Shown here: one piece after another, positions 20,623 through 29,670 of the stretch
Position numbering within the stretch: position 1 is the first letter of the stretch
Layout: each line of letters begins with the position of its first letter
Assembly (NCBI GenBank): GCA_965277715.1
Contig: OZ255836.1
Location: 3,808,001-3,872,000, forward strand
From: Gammaproteobacteria bacterium
GTDB taxonomy: Bacteria; Pseudomonadota; Gammaproteobacteria; JBCCGL01
DNA length: 64,000 nucleotides
Reading direction: 5' to 3'
Position numbers and translations under genes: made by a program
The notes under the pieces: generated by a model
Database searches by the model: none
What the model saw: only the letters and a program-made list of their open reading frames with translations
What the model was told of the DNA's origin: nothing

Positions 20623-21237
20623 ATGCCCGGTATCCTGCAACGTCAGCATTGGGTGTTTGATATGGATGGCACACTCACTGTTGCTGTGCACGACTTTGAA
20701 GCGATGCGCAAGGCACTGAACATCGCGCCTAAAGTGCCGATTCTCGAAGCCCTGGCGGCGATGCCCACAGACCAGGCGGTGGAAAAACGCGCACTCCTGG
20801 ATGAGATGGAACGGGAAACCGCCAGCCGTTCCACCCCCATGCCGGGTGCCGCTGCATTACTTGCGGCGCTACAGCAGCGCGGTGTGCGCATGGGCATCCT
20901 GACCCGCAATAACCACGCCAGCGCTATTACCACGTTAAGTGCGTGTGGCTTCGATCAGTACTTCGATGCTCAGGATATCCTGCACCGCGATTCCTGCACC
21001 CCTAAACCCGCCCCGGACGGTATTAACCAGTTACTGCATCAATGGCGTGCCCCCGCACACGATGCTGTGATGGTAGGGGACTACCTGTTCGACTTACAGG
21101 CGGGAAAATGCGCCCACACAGCCACCATTTACATCGATACCCAGGCGTGTTTTGAGTGGGCTGAATATGCCGATATTAGTATTGCCAGCTTGGCCGAGCT
21201 GCTACCGCTGCCCTCTCCCAGGAGTCTGCCGGGCTGA
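20623..21237 (+). CDS. HAD family hydrolase
   Basis: VFDMDGTL, LTRN, KPAPDG, MVGDYLFD; start re-set to ATG 20623. Confidence 0.9.
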   Translation: MPGILQRQHWVFDMDGTLTVAVHDFEAMRKALNIAPKVPILEALAAMPTDQAVEKRALLDEMERETASRSTPMPGAAALLAALQQRGVRMGILTRNNHASAITTLSACGFDQYFDAQDILHRDSCTPKPAPDGINQLLHQWRAPAHDAVMVGDYLFDLQAGKCAHTATIYIDTQACFEWAEYADISIASLAELLPLPSPRSLPG

Positions 21238-21285
21238 GGCGCCCGTAGCGGGGAAAAGACCGATTTGAGTCATTTTTTGCGCACT
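21221..21285 (+). repeat. Partial copy of MITE family A
   Basis: GGAGTCTGCCGGGCTGAGGCGCCCGTAGCGGGGAAAAGACCGATTTGAGTCATTTTTTGCGCACT aligns with the reverse complement of 61320-61384. Confidence 0.8.
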
Positions 21286-21477
21286 ACGGCGCTTCGCGTA
21301 AAAATGCCATAACAGACCTATATCCGGTATAATGCCCAAATTTGCTCTTTGCCACGGCATATCATACAGTCAAGAGGCGTGCATGATAGTGGTTGGTCAA
21401 GAGTTGGCACTGATTACTGTGTTGTTTGTTGGCGTGGCTATTACGGTGTATTCGACTTTAACCTACTAAAGTTTACT

Positions 21478-22359
21478 ATGGGCTTAAAAGTAAAATTTAA
21501 CTTGATAATGCTGATTGCATTGTTGATCACCCTCTGTGCTACAGCGTTTATCGGGCAGCGCGTGCTGTCTGCAAATACACAGCAGGAAGTGCTGAATAAC
21601 GCCAAGTTGTTAATGACAGCCGCCGAATCGATCCGTACCCATACCAACTTAAAACTGATGCCGTTAATTTTTGGCAGAAAAGACGAAAAATTTGTTCCAG
21701 ATCTGCTGCCTTCAGTCAATACCAGCCGTATTCTCGATGAAATTAATGAGACATTTGAAAACTACCATTATAGCCAGGTAGCGATTAATCCCACTAATCT
21801 AAACAATAAAGCATCTGACTGGCAGGCAGACATCATTAATTACTTTCGGCAGAACCCTGATTCAGATAGCTATGTGCTGATGCGTAAACCGACCAGTCAG
21901 AGTGAGTCACTGGTGTTAGCCAAACCGATAAAGGTCGAAGATACCCGTTGCCTTATTTGCCACAGCAATCCAGAATTTGCCCCGCAATCAATGCTCGATA
22001 TCTACGGTAAAGAAAACGGTTTTGGCTGGGAAATCGATGAAATTGTTGGCATTGCCATGGTAAACATCCCAACCAATATCCCCCGCAGTAAGGCCAATAG
22101 TGCATTTTATACTTTTATGCTTATTAGCCTGTTATTGGTGCTGAGTATCTGGATTTTGCTTAATATACTGCTACATTTTGTCGTAATAAAGCCGGTTAAG
22201 TTGATGGCTGAGTCGGCGGATAAAATCAGTACGGGTGATTTCAGTGCACCTGAATTTTCGTCCAATAGCAAAGATGAAATATCATCGTTGGGGAAATCGT
22301 TCAACCGTATGTACCGCAGCCTGAAAAGTGCAATACGTTTACTTGATAAACAGCCGTGA
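21478..22359 (+). CDS. Membrane protein with periplasmic c-type heme domain (DUF3365/Tll0287-like) and C-terminal HAMP, no output domain
   Basis: TM - periplasmic domain with NPTN, CLICH (CxxCH), YGKENGFGW - TM - HAMP (KPVKLM...DEISSLGKSFNRM); protein ends after the HAMP. Confidence 0.88.
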   Translation: MGLKVKFNLIMLIALLITLCATAFIGQRVLSANTQQEVLNNAKLLMTAAESIRTHTNLKLMPLIFGRKDEKFVPDLLPSVNTSRILDEINETFENYHYSQVAINPTNLNNKASDWQADIINYFRQNPDSDSYVLMRKPTSQSESLVLAKPIKVEDTRCLICHSNPEFAPQSMLDIYGKENGFGWEIDEIVGIAMVNIPTNIPRSKANSAFYTFMLISLLLVLSIWILLNILLHFVVIKPVKLMAESADKISTGDFSAPEFSSNSKDEISSLGKSFNRMYRSLKSAIRLLDKQP

Positions 22360-23750
22360 CAGAACCGTATGAAAAAATTGGTAAATACCTTATCAAGCGC
22401 ACCATTGGTGAGGGCGCGATGGGTGTGGTACTGGAAGGGTTTGATCCGCACATAGAGCGCCGTGTCGCCATCAAACGCCTGCACTCCCATTTGATTGTCG
22501 GCGATACCAAAGAGGAATTTCTACAACGCTTCAAGCAAGAGGCCCGCATCGCGGCGCGTTGCTCGCACCCCAATATTGTCATGGTGCTTGAGTACGGTGA
22601 ACACCAGGATACACCTTATATCGTGATGGAGTATGTGGACGGTGTCAGCCTGCAGGACCTTATGCAAAAAAAGCGCGTCCGGCTCCTGAAAAGCGCTATT
22701 TCCTATATGGCACAGACCCTTAAAGCGCTTAGTGTTGCGCATGCACAAGGCGTTATTCACCGTGATATTAAACCCGCCAACATTATTGTTATGCAAAATG
22801 GTTCAATCAAGCTAAGCGATTTTGGTATCGCACGGGTGCCGGTAGACAATAACTTAACCCAGACAGGTGTTGTGGTCGGTACACCGCGCTATATGTCACC
22901 TGAACAGGCAATGGCCCGCTCAGCCGATCAACGGAGTGATTTGTATTCATTGACCATGGTGTTTGCCCAGATACTAGTCGGGCTGAGCTTGCCGCCTTCG
23001 ATTCCCGTGAAGGTGCTGCCAAAAATCAAGGGGCTTGCCAAAACGCATTACATCAACAACGAAGTACCCATACCGAAAGTATTGATTCCCATTATTATTA
23101 AAGGTCTGGCCTTTGATCCTGATGAGCGTATTCAAACGGCAAAAGAATACCTTACTCGGCTTAAATCAGCGGTGAATGCACTGAAACCTGAAAACAACAC
23201 AACTGAAAATAACACAAGCAGTTCACTGCCTATCGATACAGATATGGCGACTGCTATGCGAAAAGCCCAGATGAATATGTCGTCTATTGGTTCAAATGAG
23301 CTTGAAACGATGCGCACTATGCTGTCCAACTACATTGGTTCTGTTGCAGAAAATATCATACAGAGTGAGGCCACTCAGCACCGTGAAGCGACCGCCCTCG
23401 CCCATGCAGTTGCGGCAGAAATTCCCGATAAGTCAGATCGAAAGGCATTTATTACACAGTGGGAGGCACAGTCGGGGCAACAGACTTCCACCACTGGTAA
23501 GGCTGGCGATACAGCGCGCATGATAGTGAGTGATCGCACCTCTGTGGCCAATTATCTGGCGGGTGTCGATAGTGAAAAACTGGAAAAAACCTTTGCTCTG
23601 TACGTCGGCCCGATGGCAGGTCGGTTGATAAAGTTATACAAGGGTAAATGCCGCACTTTTTCTGAGCTGATTGATATGTTGACCGAAGAGATTCCTGACG
23701 AAACAGACAAACAGGCTTTTCTCGTCGAATGGCATGATGCCCTGACCTGA
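22356..23750 (+). CDS. Hanks-type Ser/Thr protein kinase with duplicated C-terminal module
   Basis: GEGAMG, VAIK, HRDIKPAN, DFG, GTPRYMSPEQ; GTGA overlap with the upstream gene; no TM segment seen. Confidence 0.93.
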   Translation: MTEPYEKIGKYLIKRTIGEGAMGVVLEGFDPHIERRVAIKRLHSHLIVGDTKEEFLQRFKQEARIAARCSHPNIVMVLEYGEHQDTPYIVMEYVDGVSLQDLMQKKRVRLLKSAISYMAQTLKALSVAHAQGVIHRDIKPANIIVMQNGSIKLSDFGIARVPVDNNLTQTGVVVGTPRYMSPEQAMARSADQRSDLYSLTMVFAQILVGLSLPPSIPVKVLPKIKGLAKTHYINNEVPIPKVLIPIIIKGLAFDPDERIQTAKEYLTRLKSAVNALKPENNTTENNTSSSLPIDTDMATAMRKAQMNMSSIGSNELETMRTMLSNYIGSVAENIIQSEATQHREATALAHAVAAEIPDKSDRKAFITQWEAQSGQQTSTTGKAGDTARMIVSDRTSVANYLAGVDSEKLEKTFALYVGPMAGRLIKLYKGKCRTFSELIDMLTEEIPDETDKQAFLVEWHDALT

Positions 23751-23828
23751 TACAATACTCTGCATCCACTCCCCCAACAAAATGCGGCTAATAATCGGGC
23801 GACTGATCCTGTCGTAGGCATTACTGCC

Positions 23829-24665
23829 ATGCTGGTTAGCATGTTGCTGTTTTCCGTAATGGACGCGCTGGTGAAATGGCTGAGTGCTACTTACCCCACC
23901 CATCAGATTATTTTTTTTCGCTGTACAGTCGCATTAGTACCGGTGTTGACCTTGCTCTATTTGCGCGGTGGCGTCAAAATTCTTCACAGCAAAAGGCCGT
24001 GGCTGCATGTTGCGCGTTCACTGCTTGGGCTCAGTGCAATGGGGTGTGCATTCTATGGCTTTTCATTGATGCGGCTGGCCGATGCAATTTCGATTCTGCA
24101 CACCACCCCCTTGTTTATGACAGTGTTGTCTGTCGTGATACTGGGTGAAAAAGTAGGTGTTCGCCGCTGGTCTGCGGTGACTATTGGGTTTATTGGTATG
24201 TTGATTGTTGTGCGCCCAGGTGAGGGGATATTCGACAGCGGTAGCGCTTATATGCTGATTGCAGCCCTTTGTATCGCCACGACCACTATCATCGTTCGCC
24301 AACTGAGTGTCAGTGATGACCCCGCATCGATTACCTTTTACTTTACCCTGTCTGGCAGCATTGTCGGTATCCTGGCGTGTATCTGGCTGGGTTGGCAACC
24401 CCCTCCGTTGATTGACTGGTTGTTACTGCTTGCGGTGGGTTTGCTGGGTGGTTGTGCGCAATATGCAATGACACTCAGTTACCGAAATGCCGAGGTCGGT
24501 ATCGTCGCACCATTAAAGTACCTGTCTATCGCTATAGGCGGTACTATTGGTTATTTAATCTGGTCAGAAATACCGGATAGTCAGAGTGCCATTGGCATTA
24601 GTATTATTGTTGCCACAGGCTTATACACGCTGCACCGGGAAATTCGATTGGCCAATCAAAAATGA
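23829..24665 (+). CDS. DMT/EamA family transporter
   Basis: About 10 hydrophobic segments, LGEKVGVRRW; start uncertain. Confidence 0.88.
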   Translation: MLVSMLLFSVMDALVKWLSATYPTHQIIFFRCTVALVPVLTLLYLRGGVKILHSKRPWLHVARSLLGLSAMGCAFYGFSLMRLADAISILHTTPLFMTVLSVVILGEKVGVRRWSAVTIGFIGMLIVVRPGEGIFDSGSAYMLIAALCIATTTIIVRQLSVSDDPASITFYFTLSGSIVGILACIWLGWQPPPLIDWLLLLAVGLLGGCAQYAMTLSYRNAEVGIVAPLKYLSIAIGGTIGYLIWSEIPDSQSAIGISIIVATGLYTLHREIRLANQK

Positions 24666-24678
24666 ATGTGAGTATGTT

Positions 24679-25257
24679 ATGCCTGTATTGAAAAAAACAT
24701 CGATAACAGGGTGTGTCGAGGCCGTGTTAATTAACCGCGATGCCACTACCGGTCTAAGCAGTGAGCGGGTGGATAAAGTCAATGCAGATTATGGCGGTTT
24801 TCAGGGTGATGCCCACTACGGGGTAACCCGCGCTTCCTGTGTGCGCGTCCGGCAACAATACGCTGAGGGCACTGAGATCCGCAATACCCGGCAAGTGTCG
24901 ATTTTATCGGTAGAGGAAATGCAACAAATCGCCGGGGCAATGAATATTCCCGCATTGCTGCCCGAGTGGGTGGGCGCCAATATGAGCCTTAGCGGCATTC
25001 CACAACTGAGCCAGCTTCCTCCCTCGTCACGTTTAATTTTTGCAGAGGGGGCATCGCTGGTAGTGGATATGGAAAATGGCCCATGCAAATACCCCGGTGA
25101 TGTGATCGAACAATACCACCCAGGACACGGTGTGCGTTTTGCCAGCGCTGCCATAAACCGTCGCGGGGTCACGGCGTGGGTTGAACGCGAGGGTGTTATC
25201 AAACAAGGGGAGCGCGTGGTACTGCATATTCCACCGCAGCGGATCTACTCGCTCTAA
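24679..25257 (+). CDS. MOSC domain protein
   Basis: GFQGDAH, RNTRQVSILS, GAN, ENGPCKYPG, RRGVTAWVEREG; start re-set. Confidence 0.85.
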   Translation: MPVLKKTSITGCVEAVLINRDATTGLSSERVDKVNADYGGFQGDAHYGVTRASCVRVRQQYAEGTEIRNTRQVSILSVEEMQQIAGAMNIPALLPEWVGANMSLSGIPQLSQLPPSSRLIFAEGASLVVDMENGPCKYPGDVIEQYHPGHGVRFASAAINRRGVTAWVEREGVIKQGERVVLHIPPQRIYSL

Positions 25258-25276
25258 TCCAGCATTTAACCCGGCA

Positions 25277-25552
25277 ATGCAATTCCCCGTCGACAAATTG
25301 CTGAAAAAGAATGCGGCGCTCACTCATTCCGAAATGATGAAAGTCACTTCACACGTACAGCGCGAGAGTGACGACTGGATTATCAATACCGTGATGGTGG
25401 AAAATGTTGATATTCCGTTTAAATACAAGCGTAAAAAACGCTACAAAAACCTCACGGGTGCCCGCGTTAACATGACCTACTACCCCCACAGTGAAACCGT
25501 CGCCGGGTTGGTGTTTGAAACGATGAAAGTAGTACGGATCCGCATCGCCTGA
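25277..25552 (+). CDS. Small hypothetical protein
   Basis: MQFPVDKLLKK...PFKYKRKKRYKNLTGARVNMTYYP; co-oriented, fills the gap. Confidence 0.65.
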   Translation: MQFPVDKLLKKNAALTHSEMMKVTSHVQRESDDWIINTVMVENVDIPFKYKRKKRYKNLTGARVNMTYYPHSETVAGLVFETMKVVRIRIA

Positions 25553-25561
25553 CACGTTGAC

Positions 25562-25905
25562 CTATGGCACCACATGCCCATCAGACAGGGTTTGCAGAAA
25601 AGCGACAATATCCTGCACCTGTGCATTGGTTAAACTCAAATTACCGATACCACCGGCCAGGTTAGCGTTGACCTCTGCATTACTCGCGTTGTGGCTGTTG
25701 TAGAGCTCGACCACCTCCGTCAGTGTTGAAAAACACCGTTGTGCCTATAAGGGGTTGTCAGTGCAATATTGCGTAAAGTCGGCACCCGGAATTTGCCGTT
25801 TTCGGCAGTGTTATTCACCGCTGAACCCAAGCCGAGGTCAACAAACGTTGGGTTTTGCACTAAAAATGGATTGTTTGGGTTTGGCGGTACACCAATATTT
25901 TCAAT
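25562..25905 (-). pseudogene. C-terminal remnant of a di-heme cytochrome c peroxidase/MauG family gene
   Basis: NIGVP..DLGLG..ENGKFRVPTLRNIALTTPYRHNGVFQ, frameshift, then TLTEVVELYN...DIVAFLQTLSDG; no N-terminal half and no CxxCH. Confidence 0.82.
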
Positions 25906-26064
25906 GGGTGCTCCTGAAACGAACTGTTTATACCTAAAATTATAGGTATCTATTAGGCAGATAATGTGCAAAAAACGAGGATCATCAGTATTGACAAGGG
26001 TGCGCGCAACTACCAGCATTGCACACTGTTTAGATCAACGACTTACTTTAACCTAATAATCACG

Positions 26065-26883
26065 ATGGAATTTGTTTCAATAAACCAGCAGGCACGCGAG
26101 TGCTTTCAGCGACAGGGGGCAATCTGTCTGCGTGGACAGTTTACCGACTGGCTCGATGTGTTGCGAGCCGGTGTGCAACGCAACTATGACGCCCCCGGTC
26201 CCTACTTTTCACAAAACAATACGGCCACAGATACCGGCAGTTTTTGGGACGACTACTGCAACTGGCAGCGCATTGCTGAATACGAACAATTTGTCCGCGA
26301 ATCGAGCATGGCCCGGTACGCTGCTGAGGTTATGAATTCAACGACCGCACAATTGTTTCACGACCATGTGCTGGTTAAAGAACCCGGTTCGAATAAACCT
26401 ACGCCGTGGCACCAGGATGCCCCTTATTATTTTGTCGACGGCACCCAGACCGTCAGCTTTTGGGTTGCGCTTGACGATGTGGCTATAGAGCACACACTGA
26501 AACTTATCGCCGGATCAAACCACTGGCCCAAACTGGTAAAACCTGTCAAATGGATTGACGACAGCAGCTTTTATATCAACCAACAGGACGCCTACATGGC
26601 ACTCCCGGATATCGATGCCAACCCACAAGACTACACAGTACTGCGCTGGGCGATGCAGCCCGGCGATGCGGTGCTGTTCGACTACCGCTGCGTACATGGC
26701 GCCAATGGCAATCACAGCGAAAAACGCCGCCGCGCCTTTTCAGTGCGTTGGGTGGGTGATGATGCGCGCTACATTGAAAGGCCAGGGCGCACATCCCCGC
26801 CATTTCCAGGTCACAATATGGTCACCGGGCAACGCCTGCGGGAAGACTGGTTTCCTGTTATCTGGCCAGCAACGACTGACTAA
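26065..26883 (+). CDS. Phytanoyl-CoA dioxygenase (PhyH) family Fe(II)/2OG enzyme
   Basis: TPWHQD (HxD), VHGA, RRAFSVRW; start re-set. Confidence 0.9.
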   Translation: MEFVSINQQARECFQRQGAICLRGQFTDWLDVLRAGVQRNYDAPGPYFSQNNTATDTGSFWDDYCNWQRIAEYEQFVRESSMARYAAEVMNSTTAQLFHDHVLVKEPGSNKPTPWHQDAPYYFVDGTQTVSFWVALDDVAIEHTLKLIAGSNHWPKLVKPVKWIDDSSFYINQQDAYMALPDIDANPQDYTVLRWAMQPGDAVLFDYRCVHGANGNHSEKRRRAFSVRWVGDDARYIERPGRTSPPFPGHNMVTGQRLREDWFPVIWPATTD

Positions 26884-26916
26884 AACGGCCTGATGCCTTC
26901 CACCCTTAACAAGTAA

Positions 26917-27642
26917 GTGATAGCCATGCCTAAAAACACACTGGGACAAGCCATTGGCTTTCCACTAGTCAATTTCCAAACACCTGAACGACCGCCCATT
27001 ACGCCGATGCACGGGCGTTATTGCCGTATTGAACACCTGGATATTGCCCGTCACGCGGCGGCATTGCACGACGCTAATAATAAAGATACAGAACATCGCA
27101 ACTGGACCTATCTGCCCTACGGGCCATTCACCACGCTCGACGATTACACGCGCTGGATGGAAGAGGCCTGTTTCAACGGTGATCCGCTATTTCATAGCAT
27201 CATCGATAACACCAGCGGTGAGGCGGTTGGGCTGGCCAGCTATCTGCGTATCGACCCACGCAACGCCTCTATCGAAGTGGGGCATATCAATTTTTCACCG
27301 CTATTACAGCGTACTGTCGCGGCGACAGAATCTATGTTCCTGTTAATGCAGCGTGCTTTTGCACTGGGCTACCGCCGCTATGAATGGAAGTGTGATGCCC
27401 TCAATAAACCCTCACAGCAGGCGGCACAGCGATTGGGGTTTCGCTATGAGGGCACTTTTCGCCAGGCCACCCACTACAAAAACCGCAACCGCGATACCGC
27501 GTGGTACAGCATCATCGACACCGAATGGCCCACATTGCAAACGGCTTTCCAGCATTGGCTGGCGGTGGATAATTTTGACCCCAATGGCAGGCAACGCCTA
27601 TCCCTATCCGCTTTGACTTCAGCCGCCCGCGATACACTTTAA
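26917..27642 (+). CDS. GNAT acetyltransferase (RimJ/RimL-like)
   Basis: WTYLPYGPF, IEVGHI, LGYRRYEWKCDALN, RNRDTAWYSIID.EWP. Confidence 0.9.
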   Translation: MIAMPKNTLGQAIGFPLVNFQTPERPPITPMHGRYCRIEHLDIARHAAALHDANNKDTEHRNWTYLPYGPFTTLDDYTRWMEEACFNGDPLFHSIIDNTSGEAVGLASYLRIDPRNASIEVGHINFSPLLQRTVAATESMFLLMQRAFALGYRRYEWKCDALNKPSQQAAQRLGFRYEGTFRQATHYKNRNRDTAWYSIIDTEWPTLQTAFQHWLAVDNFDPNGRQRLSLSALTSAARDTL

Positions 27643-27655
27643 CGTCGAGAACACC

Positions 27656-28534
27656 ATGCAAATATTTCAGAAAGGTATAGCTGACCCGGTGCCCGCAGCA
27701 GGTCGTTATTTATACTTTGACCTACGTTTTGCCGCCGATGTGCGCACAGGCCTAAAAAACTTACAGACCATTGCCGATGGCGAGCATATTATCGTGGGTA
27801 TCGGTCACTCACTGCTGTCGGCACTCGACCGGGAACTCACCGCCATGCCAGTGTTTCCCGCTTTGTCGCAACACGGGCTGGATATTCCCTCGACACCTGC
27901 CGCGCTCTGGTGCTGGCTGCGCGGCGATGATCGCGGTGAACTGTTGCACCTATCACGCAAAGTCATTGCGGCGGTGTCAGGTTCTTTTCAACTGCTTACC
28001 TGCATCGACGCCTTCCGCTACGGTATTGGCCGCGACCTGACCGGCTACGAAGACGGCACCGAAAACCCACAAGACGAAGAGGCCATCGAAGCGGCTTTTG
28101 TGCACGATGACAGCGCGTTGCACGGCTCCAGCTTTGTCGCGGTGCAAAAGTGGCAACACAATCTGGAGGCATTCGATGCCATGCCGCAAGCACAGCGCGA
28201 TAACACCATTGGTCGGCGCCTGAGTGACAACGAAGAGCTGGAAGACGCACCAGAATCGGCACATGTCAAACGTACTGCACAGGAGAGCTTTTCCCCCGAG
28301 GCATTTATGTTGCGGCGCTCTATGCCCTGGGCTGATGCCTGTGTGCAAGGCCTGGTGTTCGTGGCATTTGCCAACAGCGTATACCCGTTTGCCGCACAGA
28401 TGCAGCGCATGATTGGGGCAGAGGATGGCATTCGCGATGCCCTGTTCCAGTTCACCCGGCCCGTTTCCGGCAACTACTTCTGGTGCCCACCGATGCAGGG
28501 AGGCAAGCTGGATCTCCAGTTTCTCGGCGTATAA
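27656..28534 (+). CDS. Dyp-type peroxidase
   Basis: RDLTGYEDGTENP (GxxDG), IGRR, SAHVKRT, LRRSMPW. Confidence 0.93.
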   Translation: MQIFQKGIADPVPAAGRYLYFDLRFAADVRTGLKNLQTIADGEHIIVGIGHSLLSALDRELTAMPVFPALSQHGLDIPSTPAALWCWLRGDDRGELLHLSRKVIAAVSGSFQLLTCIDAFRYGIGRDLTGYEDGTENPQDEEAIEAAFVHDDSALHGSSFVAVQKWQHNLEAFDAMPQAQRDNTIGRRLSDNEELEDAPESAHVKRTAQESFSPEAFMLRRSMPWADACVQGLVFVAFANSVYPFAAQMQRMIGAEDGIRDALFQFTRPVSGNYFWCPPMQGGKLDLQFLGV

Positions 28535-28599
28535 CTGTTGATTAGTCTGTTGATTAACCGAGGGTAGCATCCCGCTGCCCAGTACCTGGAACTATCGCC

Positions 28600-29352
28600 T
28601 TGCAACCTGTGGATACATCCCAGCTACTGGTCATCGCCGCGTTCACATTTCTTTTGGCGGGCACCGTAAAAGGCGTGGTTGGCCTGGGATTGCCGACGAT
28701 AGCCGTGTCGATTTTATCCAACATCCTGCCCTTGCCCGTCGCCATAGGACTTATCGTCGTGCCAGCGGTTGTCACCAACATCTGGCAGGCTGTCGATGGT
28801 GGGCAGTTGTGGGTACTGTTGAAACGGTTGTGGTTATTCCTATTAATGAATGCCCTTTTCGCCTGGTTGGCCTACCGCTTTGTGCTGTCGCGCTACCCAA
28901 CTGAAATGACTGTATTGCTCGGTGTCTTACTGTGCATCTACGCCCTCAATGGCTTTGGTTTGCGTTTGCCAAAAATCAGCACACGCAATGCAACCCTCTC
29001 GGCCACCGTGTGTGGTGCCATCAACGGTTTTTTTGCCGGCACCACGGGTAACACCTCCATGCCTTCGGTGGCCTTTCTCGATGCGTTGGGGCTGGATAGA
29101 AACACCCTGGTGCAGGCGATGGGCCTGGCATTTGGTACGCCCATGCTGGCGATTGGGCTATCCACAATCGACAGCAATATCGTGCCGGATTCGTTGTTGT
29201 GGGTATCGTTTCTATCGCTTATTCCGGCGTTGCTGGGAATGTGGTTAGGGCGGGAAATTCGCCACCGGATAAGTGAAACCGTTTTTAAAAAACTGTTGTT
29301 TTCAGGTTTATTGTTAATTGGTGTGCGTTTGTTGTGGGTGAATAGTTTCTAA
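28600..29352 (+). CDS. Sulfite exporter TauE/SafE family
   Basis: AGTVKGVVGLGLP, multiple TM helices. Confidence 0.85.
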   Translation: MQPVDTSQLLVIAAFTFLLAGTVKGVVGLGLPTIAVSILSNILPLPVAIGLIVVPAVVTNIWQAVDGGQLWVLLKRLWLFLLMNALFAWLAYRFVLSRYPTEMTVLLGVLLCIYALNGFGLRLPKISTRNATLSATVCGAINGFFAGTTGNTSMPSVAFLDALGLDRNTLVQAMGLAFGTPMLAIGLSTIDSNIVPDSLLWVSFLSLIPALLGMWLGREIRHRISETVFKKLLFSGLLLIGVRLLWVNSF

Positions 29353-29529
29353 ATGGGCACACGGCATACCTGAACTATTCGCCATCAACCAGCGGGATCA
29401 GACAGGCATTACCGCTATAACGTTACTCAAATAATGCGCTATGTGTTAATGACACACTCAGCCAGCTCAGCTATAAGGTAAATCGATACACTTGCAAACC
29501 CCGGAAGTTATTTCGTGCACGTTCCTGAT

Positions 29530-29640
29530 ATGTATTAACTTGCAACCAATTGTTCCAGAACGCTTTTTTCTGGAACAATTATTGGCTAATACATCAGACA
29601 TCATGTATTGACTTGTGTGCAAGTTAATACATGGGGTCTA
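29530..29640. repeat. Compound palindromic (REP-like) element, family B
   Basis: AATTGTTCCAGAA/TTCTGGAACAATT stem nested inside ATGTATTA...TAATACAT, followed by CATGTATTGACTTG-TGTG-CAAGTTAATACATG. Confidence 0.75.
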
Positions 29641-29670
29641 AGGGGTTTTCCTCGTGTGAAACCCGGCGTG

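Noticed and set aside
27656-28534. DyP as encapsulin cargo
   Set aside because: No C-terminal targeting extension and no encapsulin gene nearby
27977-28570. 197-aa antisense ORF
   Set aside because: Shadow of the Dyp peroxidase
29530-29640. Possible CRISPR mini-array or attC site
   Set aside because: Palindromes without repeat-spacer periodicity; no convincing RYYYAAC/GTTRRRY pair and no integron integrase
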